The notes under the pieces are model-generated. The model was not told where the DNA came from. It was given only the letters and a program-made list of their open reading frames with translations, and ran no database searches. A stretch of DNA of 64,000 nt, from positions 3,168,001 to 3,232,000 of the forward strand of contig CBDCJO010000002.1 in assembly GCA_965217865.1 (NCBI GenBank), in the 5' to 3' direction. The stretch's first letter is position 1; each line of letters begins with the position of its first letter. A program made the position numbers and the translations under genes. Below, one piece after another: positions 56,349-64,000 of the stretch. The DNA comes from Candidatus Latescibacterota bacterium. Its GTDB lineage: Bacteria > Latescibacterota > UBA2968 > SICM01.

Positions 56349-56855
56349 ATGCCTAACACTGAAATAGCTATTTTCATCAGTGCGCTTTCCCTTGCCATGG
56401 CAGGACTGTCGCTTGGTTGGAATATTTACAGAGACATAGTCCTCAAGCCTCGCGTAAGAGTCACTGCCATCATAGGCCCTATAATCGCAGCAGGAGTTAA
56501 AGGCGCAGGCCCTACGTATATCTGCATTAATGCCGTAAATTGTGGTCCTGGCAACACCACTCTCTCCCTTATTATTCTAAAGAAAACCTCTCTTTTTAAG
56601 TGGCTGGCACGGAAGTAGGAATCCGGATTTGTTATTCCCGACTATAAGAATCCAGCGAGTGGAAAACTTCCCTGTGAGCTTGGAGTTGGCGAACGGACTT
56701 CTTTACTTTTTCCCTATGATTCGGAATGTTTTCTAAAAGATAACATGTCTCACATTGGCATATCAGACACGTTTGGACGCACTCATTGGATGAAGACCAG
56801 TCAAGTAAAAAAGATGAATGCTCGTTGGCGCAACGAGTTTAAGGTCAGCACATAA
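56349..56855 (+). pseudogene. Hypothetical membrane-anchored protein with in-frame TAG at 56616
   Basis: AAGGAG RBS, N-terminal TM; the frame stays open 78 codons past the TAG. Confidence 0.7.
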
Positions 56856-57111
56856 AAACGCATCAAACCGCCAAGTTGGCGAAGCCCTTTTCCCTTTGTG
56901 GCCGGTTTGTTGTCTTGGAAGACGTGGGAGAATGGGCAGACGGAATTGGAGGAAGCATGATGAGTGTGGAGCACCGGGATCCCTGGCGTGCACATCGGGC
57001 CTCTGCGGGAGGATACCGTGCAAATGATCGAGGTGCTGAGGACTGGTGGGGATGCTGATGCTCCTCTCGGCGTCTCGAGTTATATGGAACAAAAAACGGT
57101 CGGAATAACAA

Positions 57112-59094
57112 ATGATACTTCCAGACAACGAAACTAGAGTCGACCTGCTCAACAACGAAGCCATTGCTACAACGATTGTGAGATTGCTCAGAGACCGGCC
57201 CGATCAGCCGGTATCCGTAGGTGTGCATGGCGACTGGGGGGCCGGAAAATCCAGCGTGCTGGAGATGATCGAAGCCGGGCTTGAAGGCGAAGAGAAAGTT
57301 TTGTGCCTCAAGTTCAATGGCTGGCGGTTCCAGGGATTCGAGGACGCCAAAATCGCCCTTATAGAGGACATCGTTACGGGGCTTATCGAAAAGCGTCCTG
57401 CTCTCAAAAAGGCAGAGGACGCTGTCAAGGACATTCTACGTCGGATCGACTGGCTCAAAGCTGCGAAGAAGGTAGGCGGTCTCGCCTTCACGGCCTTCTC
57501 CGGTATCCCCTCTCCCGATCAGGTCCAGTCCATTGTCGGAACATTGGAAGGATTCCTTGGTGATCCGACAAAACTCGCGACCAAAGACAATATCCAAACA
57601 GCCATCGACGGTGTGCGGAGCTTGCTGAAGCCGAAGGAGGAAGGTGATCTGACAAATGTGCCCGAAGAAATCAATGGCTTCCGGAATGCGTTTGACGATC
57701 TACTTGAGAAGGCTGGTGTCGAGCAGTTGGTAGTCCTCATAGACGATTTAGACCGTTGCCTTCCAGATACTGCCATAGAGACGCTCGAAGCAGTGCGCCT
57801 CTTCGTGTTCACGTCTCGCACTGCCTTTGTTGTCGCTGCCGATGAAGCGATGATTGAATACGCGGTACGCAAACACTTTCCCGATCTACCAGACACGACC
57901 GGACCGCAGACCTACGCGCGGAACTATCTTGAGAAGCTCATTCAAGTTCCGTTCCGCATACCGGCACTCGGCGATACCGAGACGCGCATCTATATCACGC
58001 TACTTCTAATCGGGGCGGAGTTGGGCGAGGACGATCCCGCATTCAGTACATTGATCGCCGCCGCGCGAGAGCGGCTGAAGCGGCCATGGATAGCTAGCGC
58101 TCTCGATGCTACGGCGGTGAATACCGCGCTCGGCGAAAATGCCTCCAGTGCCACCAGGGCACTGGCTCTCAGTGATCAAATCGGTCCGATCCTGAGCAGT
58201 GGGACTAAGGGTAACCCGCGCCAGATTAAGCGGTTCCTCAACACTCTGGTGCTGAGGCAACAAACGGCCGAGGCGCGAGGGTTCGGTGACGATGTGAAGC
58301 TTCCGGTTCTCGCCAAACTCATGCTGGCCGAACGGTTCCTACCACACTTGTTCGATCAGATCGCAGTCGCCGCAGCTGCGGCACCCGATGGTAAGTGTTC
58401 CGACTTGGCCGCACTGGAGGAGATCGCGAGCGAGGACGAAACAGCAAAGCGGAAGGGCAAACCGAAGAAATGTGCGACCTCAAGAGCCGACGATGGATTC
58501 AAGACATCGGCGAAATTGAAGGTCGCCGGTGCCGCGGAAAGCACGTTACTGGATGAGTGGCGATCTTCCCTGGCGATTATGGCTTGGGCGTCCGTCCGAA
58601 CGCTGCTTGGCGACGAAGATCTCCGCCCCTACCTCTTCGTTGCCAAGGACCGAAAAGATTATTTCGGGGCAGCATCGGCACTTGGTCACTTAGCGGAGGT
58701 TGTGGAACAACTCTTGGGCGGCAAATTCGCGGTTCAGGGCCTGGAAGCCGACCTTGGACGGCTCGCCCCGCCGGAAGCGGCTCAGGTGTTCGATGCTGTG
58801 CGCGGACGGATAGTTGGCAGCGATAGCTTCGATACCGAACCGCCTGGTGCTGCCGGCCTCAGCGTGCTTGTCAAAGCGCATCCGCTACTCCAACGCAATC
58901 TGGTCGAGTTCCTCGAAGCTCTTCCACGTGATCGGCTGGGTCCTTGGGCTTGCAAGGGCTGGGAAGGCGTGCTCAAGGAACCCGAAGAGTTTGAGCGCTT
59001 CGATAGCATCCTCGAAGTCTGGACCAAGGGGGGTAGCGAAATGCTTAAAACCACTGCCAGGAGTGTCCTACGCACCCGGAAACGGAGCCGGTGA
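57112..59094 (+). CDS. qatA: KAP-family P-loop NTPase, Qat system QatA
   Basis: GDWGAGKS, LIDDLDRCLP, YLEKLIQVPF, NPRQIKRFLN; followed by a qatB-like gene. Confidence 0.9.
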   Translation: MILPDNETRVDLLNNEAIATTIVRLLRDRPDQPVSVGVHGDWGAGKSSVLEMIEAGLEGEEKVLCLKFNGWRFQGFEDAKIALIEDIVTGLIEKRPALKKAEDAVKDILRRIDWLKAAKKVGGLAFTAFSGIPSPDQVQSIVGTLEGFLGDPTKLATKDNIQTAIDGVRSLLKPKEEGDLTNVPEEINGFRNAFDDLLEKAGVEQLVVLIDDLDRCLPDTAIETLEAVRLFVFTSRTAFVVAADEAMIEYAVRKHFPDLPDTTGPQTYARNYLEKLIQVPFRIPALGDTETRIYITLLLIGAELGEDDPAFSTLIAAARERLKRPWIASALDATAVNTALGENASSATRALALSDQIGPILSSGTKGNPRQIKRFLNTLVLRQQTAEARGFGDDVKLPVLAKLMLAERFLPHLFDQIAVAAAAAPDGKCSDLAALEEIASEDETAKRKGKPKKCATSRADDGFKTSAKLKVAGAAESTLLDEWRSSLAIMAWASVRTLLGDEDLRPYLFVAKDRKDYFGAASALGHLAEVVEQLLGGKFAVQGLEADLGRLAPPEAAQVFDAVRGRIVGSDSFDTEPPGAAGLSVLVKAHPLLQRNLVEFLEALPRDRLGPWACKGWEGVLKEPEEFERFDSILEVWTKGGSEMLKTTARSVLRTRKRSR

Positions 59095-59455
59095 TGGGAA
59101 CTTCCAGCACATTCTACGGCCAACCCGGTAGTACACCCCTCGTGCCGAGCTGGTTGGGCGACGAAAATTCTACGGCCGAAGTACCTGATGGGACGGAATC
59201 GGATCAACAGCCTCCAGCAAGCACACCAGTTCCGCCAATAGCCGATCCGACCCGCTTCTCGGCGGCACGTAATAACTTTCCCCGGTTTGCGAGCTCCGGC
59301 GGAACCGACCGCCGGAGTCTCGGCCGGGTTGTGTCCCACTATGTCGGCTCCTCCACCGGAGGAACTCGGACCGCTGCCGTCAGGATGGGATCGTCCCGTC
59401 GCACCGGAGCTCGCTTGCTGGGCATACTGTCTGACGTGGCCGCACGGGGTGCCGG
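59091..59455 (+). pseudogene. qatB: QatB 5' part; qatC and qatD absent
   Basis: MGTS...PLVPSWL...RFSAARNNF.RFASSGG...AAVRMGSSR. Confidence 0.75.
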
Positions 59456-59688
59456 TGCGCGACACGTTATCATCGGCCGCTACGGCGCAAACGACCGCGG
59501 TCGTTTGCTGCCGGGCATTCTGGCAGACGTAGCAGCCGAACGCCTTGGAAGACCGTTGTTCTGCGTTGAACCTCTGCCAGGGTTTACATCTCAGTTCAGC
59601 GGCAACGCAGAGCTCCTTCGCTCGGGCCGAGCGCGTCCAGTCTCGCCCTGAAACGCTGTCACTTCGGTTCTATCAGCGGCCAACGAGC

Positions 59689-60060
59689 ATGCCGATAAGA
59701 CATCTCGCATTTGATCTTGACGAGACGCTCATCGACACGCGCGATCAGATAGTCGAAAGCATCATGGCTTGCTTGGCGCGGGAGCAACGAACCAAGAACA
59801 CTCGTTCGAGGCTCCACCGGGATGCGCATAGATCTCCAAAGGCCATTCTGGGCGAGTTCGGCATCGCCAGTCTGAAGGCGTACTGGCGCCACCAAAGACC
59901 CAGAGTGTCCAGAGTCCTAGAAGCGCTAGAAGGGAAGTCATCGGACGCGCGCGGCAAGGCGCATGTGCACGTCATTATTCTCGGACTCGATCGGCGGGAG
60001 GATGTGCGAACGGAAAAGGGCCTGTTCGGCTATCCCGACATCAACGGCGAACGCTTTTCG
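59689..60060 (+). pseudogene. HAD hydrolase 5' fragment joined to an MmeI-like type IIG fragment
   Basis: AFDLDETLIDT; SDARGKAHVHVIILGL. Confidence 0.65.
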
Positions 60061-60135
60061 TGCATGGGGGCCGTGTAGCGAGCCAACAAGAGTAGCAGTC
60101 CAAGCCGATGACGGTGGTACATCGGGGCGGATGGG

Positions 60136-60939
60136 ATGGATACGGGATGGAACAAGACGATGCTCCTGGTAAATCAAGTTGAGTTACTGCGCCGGTACAT
60201 TGAGCAATTTCGGAATCAACGACTTGCATTGCCGTTGATGGGCGGGGTATCCGATACCAGTCAGACCTATCGATTCAAATCCCTTCTGCTTCCAGCGCGA
60301 GACATTGCGACAACGATTGCGCAAGCGGACCCCGCTGGAGACAAACTTCCCGACCGCCTACGGGGTTGGAATGTGGATGTTGAGGATGGTTGGGGGAAGG
60401 CCAAGACGGTACATCTGAAAAAACTGCTCGGGATGATCATCCATGTGTACTATCTAAACGTCGGGCAAAACCGCCTCGATATCTCTAATGATTTAGGAGA
60501 ACGGGTGATCGTACCGTACGATTCGTTCCTCGCGCTTGTCCAACGTCTTGTACTGACACCTGAAGACATTTGCCTCGTAATCTGTAGTTTGGCGGAAGAA
60601 AGATTCAAGAGCAGGCAAGCGATACGAGCGTTGAGGTTTGATGTGCCGGGATCGGGCGACCTCTTGCACTGCCTCTGGACGATTGGTAAGTGGCCGGCCC
60701 TAAAGGAGATAATCTGGAGCAGATTCTTCGCCGACCAGAGTTCTACTGTCGATCCCAATTGCAAAACCATCAACGATGTTCCCTTTGGCATGGGTGGCCG
60801 GCATACAGAGTCGGCCATAACGTGGCACATGGGGTGGCGAAGGGATGATGTTTACGCGACCTCGTGGATTGACGTCTCCTGCTTGATCCATGAGATCCGA
60901 GGCTACTTTTGTAATTCAATTCCCCGACGCCGGCCATAA
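60136..60939 (+). CDS. Hypothetical protein
   Basis: 267-aa ORF with globular composition; no motif recognised. Confidence 0.6.
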   Translation: MDTGWNKTMLLVNQVELLRRYIEQFRNQRLALPLMGGVSDTSQTYRFKSLLLPARDIATTIAQADPAGDKLPDRLRGWNVDVEDGWGKAKTVHLKKLLGMIIHVYYLNVGQNRLDISNDLGERVIVPYDSFLALVQRLVLTPEDICLVICSLAEERFKSRQAIRALRFDVPGSGDLLHCLWTIGKWPALKEIIWSRFFADQSSTVDPNCKTINDVPFGMGGRHTESAITWHMGWRRDDVYATSWIDVSCLIHEIRGYFCNSIPRRRP

Positions 60940-61164
60940 CCTTCCTGCAGAAAGTTACGCACTCCCGAGTCAACTGGTTTGGAGTTCTCGACGAGTCCTG
61001 GCGAAGGGCAACGGCGGAACAGGTTCTGAGTGGGCGGTGCTCAACAGCGGTCAGATGCGGTGGATGTTGCGCGGCACCATCACGCAGATATTCAACAACG
61101 TCACGCGGATGCGGTTGGGTTGGCATTAGCTGAGGCCGCGATCTAGTCTTAGTCGCACCGGATT

Positions 61165-62163
61165 GGCGACACGAGAGATATATTTGAAAGTTGTGGATAA
61201 GAAAAACTAAAGAGCGTATCCTTTGATATCCCAAAATATCAAAACGCCCTCATTTGAGGGAGAAAGGACACGCTCTATGGAAGAATATACCTCATTAGAA
61301 GTCGGAAGCATAGTCGAAGATGCAGCGATCGACTCTCTGGAAAACCTGTTGGGGCGAGGTGCCCGGAGAATGCTGCAGGCTGCATTAGAGCATGAAGTGT
61401 CTGAATACGTTAATTGTTACAAAAGCATTTCAGATGAACAGGGCCACCGCCAAGTCGTTCGTAATGGATCTCACAAGCAGCGGGAAGTGACCACCGGCAT
61501 CGGCAAGATTCCGATAAAGCAACCTCGTGTGAATGACCGCAAGGAAGGACAACGGTTCACAAGTGCGATTCTGCCCAAATATGCCCGCCGTTCTCCCAGT
61601 ATCGACACGCTGATCCCAACGCTGTATCTGAAAGGCGCCTCGACATCCTCCTTCTCTGAGGCCCTGGAGGCGATTCTCGGTAAAGGTGCACCGGGTTTAT
61701 CACCGACCAATGTCACCAGGCTGAAGCAAATCTGGGAAGATGAGCATAAGAACTGGAAGCAGCGCGACCTGACCGGAAAACACCACGTGTATGTGTGGGC
61801 GAACGGGATCTATTTCAACGTGCGCCTGGATAAGGATCGTCCCTGTGTGCTCGTGCTGGTCGGTGCAACGGCTGATGGCTGCAAGGAAGTCATCGCTATC
61901 GAGGACGGTCAGCGTGAGAGCAAGCTATCCTGGCAAACCCTGTTGCGGGATCTCAAAGCACGGGGTTTGACGATCGACCCATCCCTGGCCGTAGGAGACG
62001 GTTCTCTGGGCTTCTGGCGGCATTGGAAGAGGAGTACCCCCGGACAAAGCACCAGCGATGTTGGGTCCATAAGACTGCCAACGTGCTGGACAAACTCCCG
62101 AAATCCGTTCAGCCCGACGCTAAGAGGCTGATCCACGAAATGTATCGATCACCGAGCCGTAAA
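61165..62163 (+). mobile_element. IS256-family element, frameshifted and 3'-truncated; its 5' end is repeated at ~62326-62458
   Basis: VRNGS...QPRVNDR...LYLKGAST...WANGIYFNVRL. Confidence 0.9.
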
Positions 62164-62700
62164 CCGTTTCTCAAGTACATCGACGATTGCGTTAATCTGA
62201 GGCACGAATTCTGTCAGAAATAATCTTGTCCAGAAGTCATCCCAAACTTTAGCCATGATTCCATACTCCTTGGTTTGTCAGGTGATGTGGAAAAGGGGGA
62301 TATAGGCTTAAAAGGGAGAGCATCATGACACGAGATATATTTGAAAGTTGTGGATAAGAAAAGCTAAAGAGCTTATCCTTTGATATCCCAAAATATCAAA
62401 CGCCCTCATTTGAGGGAGAAAAGGACACGCTCTATGGAAGAATATACCTCATTAGAAGAGGCCCTGCCGCTTCGGGCATAGTCTTTGATCGCCTGTTGTG
62501 AACCCCGTTGTCAATCGCTTGTGTCCAAACTTACTCTGTCGTTAATGTCGTAGGGCTCACGACTGGCATGGCGTGCTGTATCCTTATTCTGCTCTACGTT
62601 AAGAGACCTGAATGGAATTCCGCATTGCCGATACCTTCACCTATACCGCTCGGTGCATTGCAACGATAATGGTCATGTCCAGAACAAAGGAGGAGAAAGC

Positions 62701-63676
62701 ATGAACGAAAAACCAGTCTGTCCAATCTGGGGCACAAGAGCTTCCGTAAAGTCCATGCCCAATGGTCGCGACGGCGATTCTGTGGATTCGTCGCGCGCTG
62801 GTGGCAAGTATTTCATTGATAGGACTGCATCAGCGATCCTGAAATCATACGATGAACCCCTAAAAGTTACGTCTGACGTCATGGTTGATCGAACAACGAC
62901 GGCTGGGTGTGCAATACCCGGAAGTAAGTACTGATACGATTAAAGTCGTAGAAGGTCGACAAAAATTACCGGTCCATGAGCGTGCGGACATGCTTCTCAG
63001 ATACATTGGACAAACAGTTCTATTCATTGGATGTCCATTTAACTTTTCCAGGAATGAAAGCAGTCATGATTCTATGAAAATGCTGGCGTGGTCAGAATCC
63101 ACTAGAGGAGATGAGATCGAATATTTGCTACGTTACTTGGAGAACCAAGGTTGGCTGGAAGGAACTATCTCTACTAATCAGGACAAACAATTCACCCTTA
63201 CGGTAGAGGGTTACGCCCATCTTGAGGAGCTTGATCACACGGTCACCGTTTCATCGAAAGCCTTCGTGGCGATGTGGTTTGACGACTCTATGGTCGATGC
63301 GTGGGAACAAGGCATCGATCCCGCGGTCAAGGACGCTGGATACGAAGCAATGCGAATCGATTGGAAAGAGCACGTAAATAGGATAGACGATGAGATCATA
63401 GCCGAAATTCGGAGAGCTCGCTTTCTAGTCGCGGACTTCACACAGGGAGAGGTCGGGCCTCGCGGGGGCGTCTATTATGAAGCGGGCTTCGCGTATGGAC
63501 TCGATATTCCAGTGATATTTACTTGTCGGAAGGATGCATTGGAGAAGATCCACTTCGACACACGGCAGTACAATCACATTGTTTGGGAGACACCGGAGGA
63601 ATTGCGGGACAAGCTCGCAAAGCGTATTGGTGCTGTAATCGGAGATGGACCACTCAAGGACAGCGATGAACGGTAA
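62701..63676 (+). pseudogene. Protein with C-terminal nucleoside 2-deoxyribosyltransferase/TIR-like domain; 1-bp frameshift near 62870
   Basis: CPIWG N-terminus; AFVAMWF, VADFT, RGGVYYEAGFAYGL, HFDTRQYNHI. Confidence 0.8.
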
Positions 63677-63774
63677 TGATTGCTGGTGGGATTGGCGGCT
63701 TTACCAACACGATTGCTCGCTTAAGGATTGGTGCGGGTGGTGATGTATTACTTTAGTGGCGAAAGTTGGCGTAC

Positions 63775-64000
63775 GATAAGCGGTGCGAGTATTGCGCTCG
63801 ACGAAACGCAGGGCGTCCTCGATGTCGGCCACGATCCCGCCGTCGAAATCCTTACGGTCCAGGATGTGTACCTTGTCAGTGCCCCTTGCCAGCAGGCAGG
63901 TGATGTAGGCCTGCGGAAAGAAGCGGCGCACGTTCCTGGCGAAGAAGAGCGCTCCCGCGTTTCGGAAGAGCAATGTGCCATCCGCTCTTTCGGCCGCCTC
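63775..64000 (-). pseudogene. Internal fragment of an AlbA/RecG-C-type ATP-binding protein
   Basis: NAGALFF...FFPQAYI.C...GTDK..ILDRKDFDG. Confidence 0.7.

Noticed and set aside
8629-56618. Three in-frame TAG codons (8629, 26609, 56616) suggesting amber recoding
   Set aside because: TAG is the true stop of several genes here (22068, 26347, 32764), and the positions appear to need different residues; simple nonsense mutation fits better.
1-64000. Whole window as a purely artefactual concatenation
   Set aside because: Matching TSDs in rejoinable genes, intragenic deletions and diverged duplicates indicate real evolution; individual junctions remain unverified.

Overview
This 64-kb window has no core housekeeping genes, rRNA or tRNA. 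It is a dense patchwork of 0.1-2 kb remnants of foreign DNA with abrupt shifts in base composition (by eye, AT-rich at 32.8-35.5 kb and very GC-rich at 16.9-20.8 kb). It holds about 20 IS elements or fragments (IS3 of several types, IS5/IS1182-like x3, IS630, IS256, IS4, IS30), five of them with intact 4-bp target duplications. Many defence loci survive as relics: two cas1-cas2-leader-one-spacer CRISPR stubs, a type I-G cas3 fragment, type I/II/III R-M fragments, qatA-qatB, higBA, AbiJ/AbiEi-like genes, HEPN-motif proteins and an NDT/TIR-like gene. Also present are repeated relics of one family of large-serine-recombinase prophage-like elements, a five-copy non-coding repeat that may be their end, a group II intron 3' end, and integron attC sites with cassette genes but no intI. 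Where an uncut paralogue can be compared, deletions fall at 4-7 bp microhomologies. The genes that remain intact are mostly small-molecule kinases, methyltransferases, a hydrolase and an aminotransferase, plus both cas2 genes. All protein family calls come from motif recognition by eye, no searches were run, and fragment boundaries are approximate. Local misassembly cannot be excluded without reads.
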